Positions 10,670 through 21,248 of a DNA stretch of 60,679 bases are shown piece after piece. The position numbers and the translations under genes are program-made. The notes under the pieces were generated by a model. It saw only the letters and a list, made by a program, of their open reading frames with translations, did not search any database and was not told the origin of the DNA. The first letter of the stretch is position 1. The number at the start of each line of letters is the position of its first letter. The stretch is from a virus (taxonomy: Duplodnaviria > Caudoviricetes), in IMG/VR virus record IMGVR_UViG_3300032214_001145, positions 1-60,679 of that record; one strand, written 5' to 3'.

Positions 10670-11398
10670 ATGAAAAAAGTATTAATCGCCAGTGGATGTA
10701 GTTTCACAATGGAAAATTGGAATTGGCCAGCACATCTTGCTTCCGAAATTGATTTAAAATTAATCAATGTTGGTATGGCTAGTCAGGGTAATGGATTGAT
10801 ATCAAGAAAGTTAATTTATGCTGTAGAAACCGCGTTGAAAAAGTATTCTCCGGATGAAATTATGGTTGGGGTTATGTGGTCAGGCACAGATAGAAGTGAA
10901 TACCACACATATGATGGTTCTGATGTTATTCATTGGGGGTTTAAGATAATTGACCCCACTACTAAAAACCCCACTAATGTTGTGGATGGTTTATATAATT
11001 GGAGAATAATGAACCATCATTGGAAAAATAAAGAATCATTAAATTATTATAAAAACTACCATACTGCGGTTTATGGTATGGTTTCAACAATAGAACATGT
11101 ACTAAGAGTGCAGTGGTATCTAAAACAATTAGGTATTGATTATTTTATGACCACGTATATGAATATTTTTGATGATAACTATTTGATAGAAAACAAGGAG
11201 GTGGCCCATTTGTTTAAAATGGTGGACTTTAACACGTTTTTACCAATCAAAGGTTGTTATGAATGGGTAAAAGAGAACTATCCAGAACTTGGCCTACCAT
11301 CAAACGATAAAACAGCAACACATCCAACTAGTTTTGGCCATAAAAAATTCTCAGAAGAAGTTATAACAACCTATCTTAAAGAAAAAAAAATAATATGA
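10670..11398 (+). CDS. SGNH/GDSL-fold hydrolase or acyltransferase-like protein
   Basis: N-terminal GCSFT, G..QGN, C-terminal HPTSFGH. Confidence 0.6.
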   Translation: MKKVLIASGCSFTMENWNWPAHLASEIDLKLINVGMASQGNGLISRKLIYAVETALKKYSPDEIMVGVMWSGTDRSEYHTYDGSDVIHWGFKIIDPTTKNPTNVVDGLYNWRIMNHHWKNKESLNYYKNYHTAVYGMVSTIEHVLRVQWYLKQLGIDYFMTTYMNIFDDNYLIENKEVAHLFKMVDFNTFLPIKGCYEWVKENYPELGLPSNDKTATHPTSFGHKKFSEEVITTYLKEKKII

Positions 11399-12372
11399 AA
11401 ATAGTACACACATATTATCAAATAAATGGCCACATTGATCAAAACACATTATCAATGATGACACTGTCTGCATTGTTAGCTAAAAAAAATTATGGTAATA
11501 TTCATCTATATTGTGACAAGGGTACTGCTGATTTGGTTAAAAAAATTGGAATACCATATGATACAATTGATGTAGATGTTTTAAAAAACTTTAAAGGTAA
11601 AACCTTCTCAATACCAAAATTATTGACATTTGCTGCTCAGACCGAACCATACATTCATATTGATTTTGATACGTTTATTTTTGATAGAATAAATTTTGAA
11701 AAATATGAAGGAAGAACAATATATGCACACAAAGACTACTCAATGCAGTCTGGTTCTGGCTATATAAGTTTATTTGGTTTTTACAATACGTATTTAAACA
11801 CCCTGTTTGAAGCTAAAGAATTTTTAAGTAAAGAAATTTTAGAAAATATCGACGTGACACATATTCCAAACATGTGTATTTTTGGATCGTACAACCATGA
11901 ATTGGTGGCAAAAGCATGTAATGAAATAATTGACATATACGAAGCTAATAAAAAATTCTGGGACAAGAAATTCTATAATGCTTGTGTTTTAGAACAGTTA
12001 CTAATACCAACAGTAATGAAGAAAATAGACCCCGAATATATGACTAACGGGTATAACTATTTTTATCTAAAAGAACGCAATATATTCGACATAGATGAGG
12101 AAAATTATGATAAATTAGATGTTATTAATTTTACTATGGGGGATAATGTTTTTGAGTACAAAAAATCAGAAAAAACCCTTAAATTAGATGGTAGAAAAAT
12201 TGGTGGTTGGATTCATTTAAATGGTTATAAAACATATGATATTTTTAGTAAAATCACAGAATATCTTATTGTTAAAGACTTTAAAGATGGTATCAATTAT
12301 ATGGATAAAATACATAAACACTATGAAACAACAATTGAAACCAATTTTAAAATAAAATATAAATTACTTTAA
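11395..12372 (+). CDS. DUF6734-like protein (GT-A-like DxD)
   Basis: PKLLTFAAQTEPYIHIDFD, PNMCIFG, LEQ. Confidence 0.55.
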   Translation: MKIVHTYYQINGHIDQNTLSMMTLSALLAKKNYGNIHLYCDKGTADLVKKIGIPYDTIDVDVLKNFKGKTFSIPKLLTFAAQTEPYIHIDFDTFIFDRINFEKYEGRTIYAHKDYSMQSGSGYISLFGFYNTYLNTLFEAKEFLSKEILENIDVTHIPNMCIFGSYNHELVAKACNEIIDIYEANKKFWDKKFYNACVLEQLLIPTVMKKIDPEYMTNGYNYFYLKERNIFDIDEENYDKLDVINFTMGDNVFEYKKSEKTLKLDGRKIGGWIHLNGYKTYDIFSKITEYLIVKDFKDGINYMDKIHKHYETTIETNFKIKYKLL

Positions 12373-13376
12373 TGAGAATTTTACACACATACATACCAAC
12401 AGATAATGGGGCGCCTTTAGATAGGTCACATTATTATTGTATGGCTTTATCGGCTCTGTTAGCTAAAAGACATTATGAGAATGTTGAGTTATATACTAAC
12501 AACAAGATTAAGAAAGCGGTAGAAGAAATTGGAATACCGTACGATGTTATTAATACTCAGTTGCTGAATAACACCACATTTGAAACATTTTCAATCCCTA
12601 AAATGTTAGTATACGCTGATCAGGTTGAACCATATATTCATATCGACTTGGACACGTTTATATATGATAAAATTGATTTTAAAGATGAGACTACAACATA
12701 CAGCACATTTGCTGAGGGGAATATGTTGCATTTAAGTTTTTTAAAAGCTAATCGACAATTTTATAACACATATGTGGTTAATACCTTTCAGCTTCAGGAT
12801 AAATTACCTGAAGAATTTTTAGAACATGTTAAGTTTAATTTCATTCCAAATATGTCGATATTCGGTGGTTATAAACATGAATTGGTCGCTGAAGCTTCAA
12901 AATATTGTTTAGACATATATTATAAAAATCAGGAGTTTTTTGACAAAAACTTTTATAACGCATGTATTGCCGAACAGTTGTTCATACCTGCTGCAATGAG
13001 AATGATCCAGGGCGGAGAGGTCCCACCACTATTTACCTTCTTATTTAAAGGAAATCCAACATATTTTAAGTTTGTTAACGAAGCGGAGAAAAGAGATTTT
13101 CCATTCCAGATTATTAGCGAGAATAGACATACAAATATCGATAGTGAAGTAGATCTTTTTAAAAATATTATGAATAATTTTAATGGGGTTCTACATTTAA
13201 ATGGATATAAAGATTTCGAAAAAGCTATCTTTTTAATTAGACAAAGAATTATAACAGATTTTAATAGAGAAGACATTGTAAATAAAATTGATGAAATGTT
13301 TAATGATTATATTGAATGTGACGATATAACATATTCTTATTGTGAATATCTATGTAGTCAGATTGGTAAACTTTAA
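12372..13376 (+). CDS. DUF6734-like protein, tandem paralogue of the preceding gene
   Basis: PKMLVYADQVEPYIHIDLD, PNMSIFGG, AEQ; clear similarity to 11395..12372. Confidence 0.55.
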   Translation: MRILHTYIPTDNGAPLDRSHYYCMALSALLAKRHYENVELYTNNKIKKAVEEIGIPYDVINTQLLNNTTFETFSIPKMLVYADQVEPYIHIDLDTFIYDKIDFKDETTTYSTFAEGNMLHLSFLKANRQFYNTYVVNTFQLQDKLPEEFLEHVKFNFIPNMSIFGGYKHELVAEASKYCLDIYYKNQEFFDKNFYNACIAEQLFIPAAMRMIQGGEVPPLFTFLFKGNPTYFKFVNEAEKRDFPFQIISENRHTNIDSEVDLFKNIMNNFNGVLHLNGYKDFEKAIFLIRQRIITDFNREDIVNKIDEMFNDYIECDDITYSYCEYLCSQIGKL

Positions 13377-13394
13377 ATGAAATAATTATAGTAT

Positions 13395-15062
13395 ATGTAT
13401 ATTATTGGAATCTCAGCATATTATCATGATTCATCTGTTTCATTATTTAGAAACGGACAATTGATATTTGCTTGTGAGGAAGAAAAGTTTACTGGTATCA
13501 AACATGATTCCAGCTTTCCAATTAAAACATTAGATTACATTACAAAAACCTATAAAATAAATAAGGAAAATATTGATGCGGTTTGTTATTATGAAGACCC
13601 GAAACTTAAATTACAAAGAGTTTGGGACAACATAAAACCTCAGATTTTTAAGAATCCGGTTTATTCTATAAAGTCATATATTAAAGCTAAAACGAACATT
13701 TCAAAAATACACAGGGAACTTAAAGCCATTTGTGATAATGTTTTTTATTCTACTCATCACGAAGCTCACCAATACTACTCATTTTATACCTCTAGTTTTA
13801 TTGATTCTGTTATCTTATCGGTAGATGGTGTCGGGGAGATCGATACAATGTCAATTGGTTTAGCCGACAACCGAGGTATTGATTATATTTCATTAGCAAA
13901 GTACCCACACTCGGTTGGTTTATTTTATTCTGCAATGACAGCCTTTCTTGGTTTTAAACCAAATGAAGGGGAATATAAAGTTATGGGATTAGCATCGTAC
14001 GGTAATCCAAATGTTTATATTGATAAAATCAGAGAATTAATTAACTATAAAAATTCTAAGTTAACTTGTAATATGGATCTATTCAATTGGAATAGATCTA
14101 ACAAAACTATGTTTAATGAAAAACTGGGGGAACTCATCGGTTTCGACCAAAGATTACCAGATGAACCAGTTGGACCTAAACACATGGATTTAGCGGCGGC
14201 GGTACAAAAAAGATATGAGGAAATCATTTTTGAAGTTTTAAAATCAATATCAATTGTTATTGCTGGTAAGAGCAATCTTTGTCTTGGCGGCGGCTGTGCA
14301 TATAATGGAACAGCTAATGGTAAAATTATTGACAATTCAATTTTCAATAAACTATGGATACCACCCGCACCATCAGACGCTGGATCGGCTATTGGTGCTT
14401 GCTTACATTATTTGGTTAAAAATGGTAAGCTAAAAGAACGAGTTGCTAAGAATCCGTTTTTAGGTCCCATGTTTTATTATAATCAAATTGAAACAGCGAT
14501 TAAAAAATCAAAGTTCTATAAATTTGCTAGTAAAAGAACTTTAACAAATTATATTGCTAAAAAATTGCACGAGGGTAAAGTAATAGGTTGGTATGATGGG
14601 CATTGTGAATTTGGGTCTAGAGCATTGGGTAACCGTTCAATTCTTGCCAATCCTACAATACCTGGGATGAAAGATAAGATTAACAAGGTGATCAAAAAAA
14701 GAGAGGGATTTAGACCATTTGCCCCAATGGTAATAAAAGAAAAACAACATGAATATTTTGATATGCATGATGATATACCATACATGAATCAGGTTGTTCA
14801 GGTTAAAAAAGAATATCGAGATAAATTACCATCAATCACACACGTTGATGGAACCGCTAGAGTTCAAACAGTGTATAAACATACAATGATTTATGACTTA
14901 CTAGTCGAATTTAGTAGGTTAAGTGGTTATCCGATATTATTAAACACATCATTTAATATCAAAGATAAAACAATGGTATTAACACCAAAAGATGCGATAG
15001 ACACATTTAATGACACTGAAATGGATCTATTGGTTATTGGTAATTTTATAATTTATAAGTAA
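13395..15062 (+). CDS. Carbamoyltransferase (NodU/CmcH/TobZ family)
   Basis: GISAYYHDSS, HHEAH, DGVGE, EYKVMGLASYG, GGCAYN, EFGSRALGNRSILA, KKREGFRPFAP, HVDGTARVQTV, LNTSFN. Confidence 0.95.
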   Translation: MYIIGISAYYHDSSVSLFRNGQLIFACEEEKFTGIKHDSSFPIKTLDYITKTYKINKENIDAVCYYEDPKLKLQRVWDNIKPQIFKNPVYSIKSYIKAKTNISKIHRELKAICDNVFYSTHHEAHQYYSFYTSSFIDSVILSVDGVGEIDTMSIGLADNRGIDYISLAKYPHSVGLFYSAMTAFLGFKPNEGEYKVMGLASYGNPNVYIDKIRELINYKNSKLTCNMDLFNWNRSNKTMFNEKLGELIGFDQRLPDEPVGPKHMDLAAAVQKRYEEIIFEVLKSISIVIAGKSNLCLGGGCAYNGTANGKIIDNSIFNKLWIPPAPSDAGSAIGACLHYLVKNGKLKERVAKNPFLGPMFYYNQIETAIKKSKFYKFASKRTLTNYIAKKLHEGKVIGWYDGHCEFGSRALGNRSILANPTIPGMKDKINKVIKKREGFRPFAPMVIKEKQHEYFDMHDDIPYMNQVVQVKKEYRDKLPSITHVDGTARVQTVYKHTMIYDLLVEFSRLSGYPILLNTSFNIKDKTMVLTPKDAIDTFNDTEMDLLVIGNFIIYK

Positions 15063-15063
15063 C

Positions 15064-15180
15064 ATGAAAAGACTATTAAACTGGATTTTAGAAAAAATCG
15101 AATCTTACAAGAGAAAAAAAAGATTTAAAAAGAAATTAGAAGAACTTAAAAAGAGAGATCCATTCATTTATAATCACTAA
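15064..15180 (+). CDS. Small basic 38-aa protein not in the ORF track (MKRLLNWILEKIESYKRKKRFKKKLEELKKRDPFIYNH)
   Basis: Translated by hand; ATG 1 nt after the carbamoyltransferase stop; fills the gap before the next promoter. Confidence 0.7.
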   Translation: MKRLLNWILEKIESYKRKKRFKKKLEELKKRDPFIYNH

Positions 15181-15221
15181 TTTCTTTTATTTTCGAATAA
15201 AAATACGTATATTAATATCAT

Positions 15222-16577
15222 ATGAAACCCGTTTTTTTAACCTTTGCGTATGGGAATGATATGTACCATAAGTTTGCTAATATGCTTATTAATAGGTTTA
15301 AAGACCGAGGCTATGACACATATATATGTACAGAAAGGACTGATCTGTTTCCTGGCATAAATCACATACCATACAGCCAAAAGAGGTTCTCTTATCATCA
15401 TAAAATATTGGCTATTGAATATCTTTATAACATGGGTTATGAAAAGATATTATATATGGATTCTGATTTAATAATACACGACGAACGTTTTTTTGATGAA
15501 CTAGAAGTTATTCAGTTTGATAAAGGATTAAATTTCACTAGAAATGGTATACCACTAAATCTAGAAAAATTTATTGTAGATAAAAAGGCGTATGTGTATG
15601 GAGATAAAATAAAAAAATTTGATTTTGGTGAAGCAAATTCTATCCAGTCTATTTGGGAAGATATATTATTTTTTAATTTTCATGAATTTGATGGGTCAAA
15701 ATTTTTTAAGTACTTCAAGCAATTAATGGACACTAAACATGAGGCCGATCTTGAAGATTCACAATGGGAAAGATATGGCGACCAAGAAGGATATGCTATT
15801 GGTATATCTTGTAAACTATCTGGTTTTGATTTTCATATAAATAACGAATTCAGAGGTTTAACTAAATTTTTAAGGGCATCAAACTATAGCTATGATGATA
15901 AGGAACTTGTTTCAATATTAGCTGAGGTTGATTTTATATTTCCATTTAGACATGATAGTGATAAACGGAAAGAAAATCTAATAAGTGTTCTTGAATATTA
16001 CAAAACATATTTTTGGCAATCAGGATTTATAGTATCAGAACAGGGAACAGAGCAAACTGTTGGTATTGATGGTTTTAATTATGTATTCACAAAAAAAGAA
16101 TTACCACACAATCAATCCAAGTGTATTAATGATGGAATTAGATTAAGTAATAAAAAATATGTATGTGTTGTTGATAGCGATATTATTTTATTATCCTATC
16201 ATAATATACATGAAGCGGTTAAATCAATGGTTTTAGGTGAGCTTGAATATTCATTACCATATACTGAATGTTATGATCTACCTAAGTTTAAAATTAGAAG
16301 ACCATGGAAAGGTTTATGTATTGGTGGTATTTTCATAATTGATAGAGAGAAGTTTATTGCTGCTGGCATGAACAACGAAGAGTTTGTTGGTTGGGGTCGT
16401 GAAGATGATGAGCGACACCATAGATTATTAAGAAATGATTTAAAATTCAAAAGGTATAATGGAACAATTATGCATCTAGAACACCCAGAACAACAAGAAT
16501 TAATTCAAACAGGAAAAAGTAATTTAGATTTATTAAAAAAGATAACAAATGATAACAGTAATTTTAACGAAATATAA
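15222..16577 (+). CDS. Two-domain glycosyltransferase (GT-A-like N-terminus plus GT2/GT7C-like C-terminus)
   Basis: YMDSD in the N-terminal half; VVDSD and GMNNEEFVGWGREDDE in the C-terminal half. Confidence 0.75.
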   Translation: MKPVFLTFAYGNDMYHKFANMLINRFKDRGYDTYICTERTDLFPGINHIPYSQKRFSYHHKILAIEYLYNMGYEKILYMDSDLIIHDERFFDELEVIQFDKGLNFTRNGIPLNLEKFIVDKKAYVYGDKIKKFDFGEANSIQSIWEDILFFNFHEFDGSKFFKYFKQLMDTKHEADLEDSQWERYGDQEGYAIGISCKLSGFDFHINNEFRGLTKFLRASNYSYDDKELVSILAEVDFIFPFRHDSDKRKENLISVLEYYKTYFWQSGFIVSEQGTEQTVGIDGFNYVFTKKELPHNQSKCINDGIRLSNKKYVCVVDSDIILLSYHNIHEAVKSMVLGELEYSLPYTECYDLPKFKIRRPWKGLCIGGIFIIDREKFIAAGMNNEEFVGWGREDDERHHRLLRNDLKFKRYNGTIMHLEHPEQQELIQTGKSNLDLLKKITNDNSNFNEI

Positions 16578-17217
16578 AAGAGAAGCGTTATTTGAAGAAC
16601 AATTTCAATCGCTACAGAGACAAACACTAAAACCTAGTGAGATATTGATATGTGATAACACGAAACAAAACTTAGGGGTGTGGTCTCGTTTTTCATTAGC
16701 GTTACATGCAAAAAACGAATTTGTATGTGTTATTGACGACGACACTATTCCAGGTGATGGCTGGCTAGAAAGTTGTTATAATGAATTCCAAAAAAATGAA
16801 GGGTTATATGGCACGTGCGGCTATATCTTTAATTCAAAAGAATTTTATTTGAATAACTATACTCGCTATGGTTGGTGTAATCCGAACAAAGAAACTTTAA
16901 GAGTGGATTATGTTGTTCACAATTGGTTCTTTAAAAAAGAATGGTTAAAATATTATTGGTCAGAGCTTCCAGATTCAAAATACTTTTTATGCGGTGAGGA
17001 TATGAATTTCTCATATCAATTACAAAAGAGAGGTATACCAACCTTTGTTGCGCCACACCCAGAAGAAGATAAAAGTGTTTGGGGTAGTTTAAAGGGCTGG
17101 GAATATGGTATGGATGAAGCGTCATTATATGAAAACAATCCAGATAATTTCAGAGAAAACATGTTCGATTTTTTTGATAAACAAATTTTAAAAGGTTGGA
17201 AATTAATCAATGGATAA
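16549..17217 (+). CDS. Glycosyltransferase family 2-like
   Basis: ITVILTKYKR..LQRQTLKPSEI, VIDDDTIP, GEDM. Confidence 0.8.
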   Translation: MITVILTKYKREALFEEQFQSLQRQTLKPSEILICDNTKQNLGVWSRFSLALHAKNEFVCVIDDDTIPGDGWLESCYNEFQKNEGLYGTCGYIFNSKEFYLNNYTRYGWCNPNKETLRVDYVVHNWFFKKEWLKYYWSELPDSKYFLCGEDMNFSYQLQKRGIPTFVAPHPEEDKSVWGSLKGWEYGMDEASLYENNPDNFRENMFDFFDKQILKGWKLING

Positions 17218-17902
17218 TAGAGTTGTTACATTTTACGCAAAAGAGTTACCTAATGTAGAAAAGGTTTTATTGAATCAAAAAAAGGTATTTAACCATTTTG
17301 GTTTAGATATTGAACAGATTGAATTTACAGATACATTAAGACACCCACATAGTGAGGCTATGACATATTTTCTCACAAAACTTAAACATTGGGAAACCGT
17401 ATCCATATTTGATGTGGACTGTGTTGCAACATCAACTGATACCATAACTGATGCATTAGAAAAAATTAAAGATGGGAATACAATCTATGGTAATGCACAA
17501 GCAACAAATGGCCAGACACCTTTTGCGGCTCCCAATTTTTTAAATTTATCATATGATGTTTGGAGAAAAACTGTTGAGATATGGGAAAAGAATTTACACC
17601 TTAAGCGTGACATATTTCGTTATCAAGAATACATTAAAGATGATCAAAAATTAATAGCAGATGTTGCAGAAATTTTTAACATTGAACACCGTAAAGCTGG
17701 AACAAATGTTAAATTATCATATCCAGTAAAAAATGAATTACCACCGGTATGGGAATATCCAGGTAATGATGAGTTCCCTAAATTCCAATGGGGTAATGGA
17801 ACATGGTTTGATAGCCATACGTTTCACGGCACTGAAATAAGATACGAACATAAGCAACAGATTTTTTTCGATAGTTGTCAAAAAATATTAAATAATGAGT
17901 AA
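17210..17902 (+). CDS. Hypothetical protein, possible GT-A fold
   Basis: IFDVDCV (DxD); lies within the glycosyltransferase cluster. Confidence 0.4.
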   Translation: MDNRVVTFYAKELPNVEKVLLNQKKVFNHFGLDIEQIEFTDTLRHPHSEAMTYFLTKLKHWETVSIFDVDCVATSTDTITDALEKIKDGNTIYGNAQATNGQTPFAAPNFLNLSYDVWRKTVEIWEKNLHLKRDIFRYQEYIKDDQKLIADVAEIFNIEHRKAGTNVKLSYPVKNELPPVWEYPGNDEFPKFQWGNGTWFDSHTFHGTEIRYEHKQQIFFDSCQKILNNE

Positions 17903-18752
17903 GGAGATTTATTTTCTTAGTTTTTATACTGATGGTTACGGGGCAGCTGATTTAACACATGTTGCTAAAAAAGTTGAAGAAAAGTTATCCAAGTACTTTA
18001 CAAAAATGTTCATCTATAATAAGGAATCGTTAAAACAACTTCCTGATAGTGAGAATATATGTAATATTTTTGAAGAACCAACGGATATGACATATTTCCC
18101 ATATGCTCACAAAATGGGATATTATGATTGGAAAGCGTTTCTAGTTGATTATACAATTAATAGAATACCAGAAAATTCAATACTGTTATATCATGATATT
18201 AATTTTGAAAAATACCCAAATTACTGGGAAAGTGATTGGGAAAACATATATGATGTATGTGAAAAGTTTTTAGATGAAAATCAAAGTGACATATGGGCTA
18301 AATTTGAGTTATTTGATTTCTTCCTAAAAAAATCGATGAAGACATTTGCAATTGATAAAGTTTTTACTGATCCAGAACAAAACGATGTGGTTAAAAATTC
18401 ATTACAAATAAATTCTAGTCAAGTTGTTTTAAAAAATACAAAATTCTCTAAAGAATTTGCAAAAGATTGGTTATATTATTCAAAAGATCATGATATTACA
18501 CACCCATCGCCAAATCCAAATCGTCACCCAGAATCAGAAATAATTGGGTGTCCCGATCAAGATGCAATGCAATGTGCTATATACCAAAGAATTTTTGATG
18601 GTAGATTAAAACCAACATTCCCAATATATGGTTTACATTGGAGGGTAATGAGACATGATGAGATTGTCTTTAATATGAAAGGTATGGAATGTAAAACCGG
18701 TCCATATCGTTTAGAAAACAAAGCGGTATTAAACTATTTTAAAAATAAATAA
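17895..18752 (+). CDS. Hypothetical nucleotide-diphospho-sugar transferase-like protein
   Basis: GYYDWKAF..LLYHD..DQD; operon context. Confidence 0.4.
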   Translation: MSKEIYFLSFYTDGYGAADLTHVAKKVEEKLSKYFTKMFIYNKESLKQLPDSENICNIFEEPTDMTYFPYAHKMGYYDWKAFLVDYTINRIPENSILLYHDINFEKYPNYWESDWENIYDVCEKFLDENQSDIWAKFELFDFFLKKSMKTFAIDKVFTDPEQNDVVKNSLQINSSQVVLKNTKFSKEFAKDWLYYSKDHDITHPSPNPNRHPESEIIGCPDQDAMQCAIYQRIFDGRLKPTFPIYGLHWRVMRHDEIVFNMKGMECKTGPYRLENKAVLNYFKNK

Positions 18753-18753
18753 A

Positions 18754-19497
18754 ATGAGAAAATTTTCAGAAAACAGTAATCTATATCTATTAGATCCTAT
18801 TCCAGTATGGAAAAGAAAAATAACAGCAGATGAGGTTGGCTGTTCATTAGAAGAATTTAATGAAAAGATTTTAAAAGTTGCTAGACAATACTATGATGAA
18901 TGGCAGCTAGAGGTTCCAGACGAGAGGCACTATAAAACAAAGTCTTTGTTACCCGAATCAGAATATGATAAAATGAATGAGAGAGATTTCTTTACTCAAG
19001 CAAATTACCCAGCTGTTGGTAAGTGGCATTTAGTCCCAACCAATAATTTCTTCAAAGTAGATGAACCGATTGTTAATCAGTTACGTGATATTATTATTAA
19101 TGATTACAAAACCGCGTTGACAGAGTACTTTGATTTTGAATATGAGGGTAAACAAACCAATAATGCTAATCACGTTATAGATGAAAGTTGGTTACAGTTT
19201 TATAAGAACGCAGATTACAAAGTTCTACACAATCATTTGAGATATGATTTAGATCCAACTGAACATAGAAATATTTGGGCCGGTGGTTATTACATTAGCG
19301 ACGGTAACCCAGACAAGTATCAACCATACAGTGGTAGATTTTCATTCAATACTAGAAATAAATCATATTTGGTTAAACCAGAGACGGGAATGATTATGTT
19401 GTGGCCAGGAGATATTCTACACGAGGTTCATCCATTCTATGGTGAGAAAGAAAGAATTTGTATTAATTTTAATTTAAGTACTCGTGAAGAAAAATAA
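18754..19497 (+). CDS. Putative 2OG-Fe(II) oxygenase (HxH-type phage family)
   Basis: ESWLQ..HNH..GGYYI..LWPGDILHEVHP..ERICINFN. Confidence 0.8.
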   Translation: MRKFSENSNLYLLDPIPVWKRKITADEVGCSLEEFNEKILKVARQYYDEWQLEVPDERHYKTKSLLPESEYDKMNERDFFTQANYPAVGKWHLVPTNNFFKVDEPIVNQLRDIIINDYKTALTEYFDFEYEGKQTNNANHVIDESWLQFYKNADYKVLHNHLRYDLDPTEHRNIWAGGYYISDGNPDKYQPYSGRFSFNTRNKSYLVKPETGMIMLWPGDILHEVHPFYGEKERICINFNLSTREEK

Positions 19498-20116
19498 ATT
19501 AGCAATTGTTGCAGTTGGTCGACCGTATGTTGATGCTGCAAATTATATCATTGCAAATTACGGAGATGAGTGGGATATACATGTTTTAACAGATCACCCA
19601 CAAAGAATACAAGGGAAATGTCAAATTGAGAATCATACTCATAAAGTGTTTTCTTATTTCTATAAGTTATTATTTGTACTTAGATTAGTTGAGAGTAATA
19701 AATGCTCAGTCACATATGTGGATGCGGATAGATTAGATATGTTTTCAAACGATTTTCTTAAAGAATTTTCAACTGGTTCGGATTTTAAAATATTAAACTA
19801 CTGGCCAGAGGGTAAAGATTTTAAACCATTATATTCATGGGGGCCACATTTCAAACCATTTGTAGAATATTGCAAGGAAAATAAATTAGATTATGATATC
19901 GATACATTTTCAGAAGAAGTATTTTACGTACCATATGTGGAAAGTATTGGGGACATTATCTATAATGTTGAAAAAATAAAACCAGTGTTTGAATATCAAA
20001 GTATAATAAGTAGAAGTACTAATCCATACTATCCAAATATTGGTAATGCTGAAGGTTTAGCATTGTCTTTTGTTCTTAAAATGAAAAATTTAAAAATTGT
20101 TAAACATGGAAGTTAA
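19484..20116 (+). CDS. Hypothetical protein with DxD motif (GT-like)
   Basis: FSYFYKL..TYVDAD..GNAEG resembles the N-terminal half of 15222..16577. Confidence 0.4.
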   Translation: MKKNKLAIVAVGRPYVDAANYIIANYGDEWDIHVLTDHPQRIQGKCQIENHTHKVFSYFYKLLFVLRLVESNKCSVTYVDADRLDMFSNDFLKEFSTGSDFKILNYWPEGKDFKPLYSWGPHFKPFVEYCKENKLDYDIDTFSEEVFYVPYVESIGDIIYNVEKIKPVFEYQSIISRSTNPYYPNIGNAEGLALSFVLKMKNLKIVKHGS

Positions 20117-20873
20117 ATTATTTTGGAGCTTTGATAGCAGGATGAATTTATATGGTGCCACAGAATACATGTACGATTTGTATCGTGCATCAATGCTAAG
20201 AGCCAAAAATTTAGGATATGAAATTAATTTTTATGGTGATGATGTCGCTATTAATAAATTTCAAGGGTATGTTGATAATTTTTATGATATAACACCGATT
20301 CATTTTGAAATTGTAGATGATTTAAAATTATATATCCATACACAGCATGATTTAGATTGTGTAACAATTGACGGGGATTTGATTTTACATGAAAGGTTGG
20401 TGTTCCCAGATCCTGAAAACAATAAATTGTATTTTGATTTTCCGGAGACTAATAAAGATATCCTTAAAGAAGAAAATAACAAATACAATGGGTATGGGGA
20501 TTTAAAACGTATTTTTGAAAAATATAATACCAAATATTTTTTCCCACACTTTAACTATAATAACGACATTGCTTGCAATACTGGGCTAATTAAATTTAAT
20601 GACCAGAAAATCAAAGATTTATTCATTCACGAGTTCAAGGGAGTTAATAGCTATTTTGTTAAACACATAGAACCATTTGAGAAAGAAAATGCGGATGCAA
20701 TGAGAAAGATCAGATTCATTATTGCTCAATATCATTTTGGCTGTTTAATTCGTTCTTTAGATATCCCAACCGTGTTTCTTAAAGAAAACAACAATTACGT
20801 CCATTTATTTGGGAATGAAAAGTTTTATGACCACAATAAAGAAATGATATATAATATTTTAAAAAATATATAG
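20106..20873 (+). CDS. DUF6734-like / GT-A-like protein
   Basis: KLYIH..VTIDGDLIL, CNTGLI, YVHLFG; ATG at 20106 preferred over 20097. Confidence 0.45.
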   Translation: MEVKLFWSFDSRMNLYGATEYMYDLYRASMLRAKNLGYEINFYGDDVAINKFQGYVDNFYDITPIHFEIVDDLKLYIHTQHDLDCVTIDGDLILHERLVFPDPENNKLYFDFPETNKDILKEENNKYNGYGDLKRIFEKYNTKYFFPHFNYNNDIACNTGLIKFNDQKIKDLFIHEFKGVNSYFVKHIEPFEKENADAMRKIRFIIAQYHFGCLIRSLDIPTVFLKENNNYVHLFGNEKFYDHNKEMIYNILKNI

Positions 20874-20929
20874 GTATATACTAAATTTTAATGTATTTTT
20901 TGATATTTATTATTAAGAAAAACAAAACC

Positions 20930-21148
20930 ATGGCAATAAAATTAAGAGGATTAACATCAGAATCCACAATAGACACTCCGGTAATGGAAACACTACCTAA
21001 TGAATTCGAAACAAAAGAAGAAGCACTTGATTTCGTTAAAGCTAATTTAGCGTTATCTACATTTGATCCAGCTGTTACAGTAATTTGTTTAAAAACTGAG
21101 ACAGAAGAATATCACTATTTAGAAGTTTTTGATAATGACGCGTTATAA
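20930..21148 (+). CDS. Small acidic hypothetical protein (72 aa)
   Basis: ATG at 20930 with A-rich leader; TATTTAT at 20904-20910 upstream and a terminator downstream. Confidence 0.65.
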   Translation: MAIKLRGLTSESTIDTPVMETLPNEFETKEEALDFVKANLALSTFDPAVTVICLKTETEEYHYLEVFDNDAL

Positions 21149-21174
21149 TTAATTTTTCTCCGTTTGGAAGCAAT

Positions 21175-21201
21175 ACCCCCCTATTAACGGGGGGTTTTTT
21201 T
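21175..21201 (+). terminator. Rho-independent terminator
   Basis: ACCCCCC-TATTAAC-GGGGGGT followed by a T run. Confidence 0.85.
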
Positions 21202-21213
21202 ATTTCAAATAAT

Positions 21214-21242
21214 TTGACTTTTTGTTTAATTTAAGGTATATT
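21214..21242 (+). promoter_or_regulatory. Host-sigma-type promoter TTGACT-N17-TATATT
   Basis: TTGACT 21214-21219 and TATATT 21237-21242; the same layout recurs elsewhere in the window. Confidence 0.75.
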
Positions 21243-21248
21243 AGGGAT

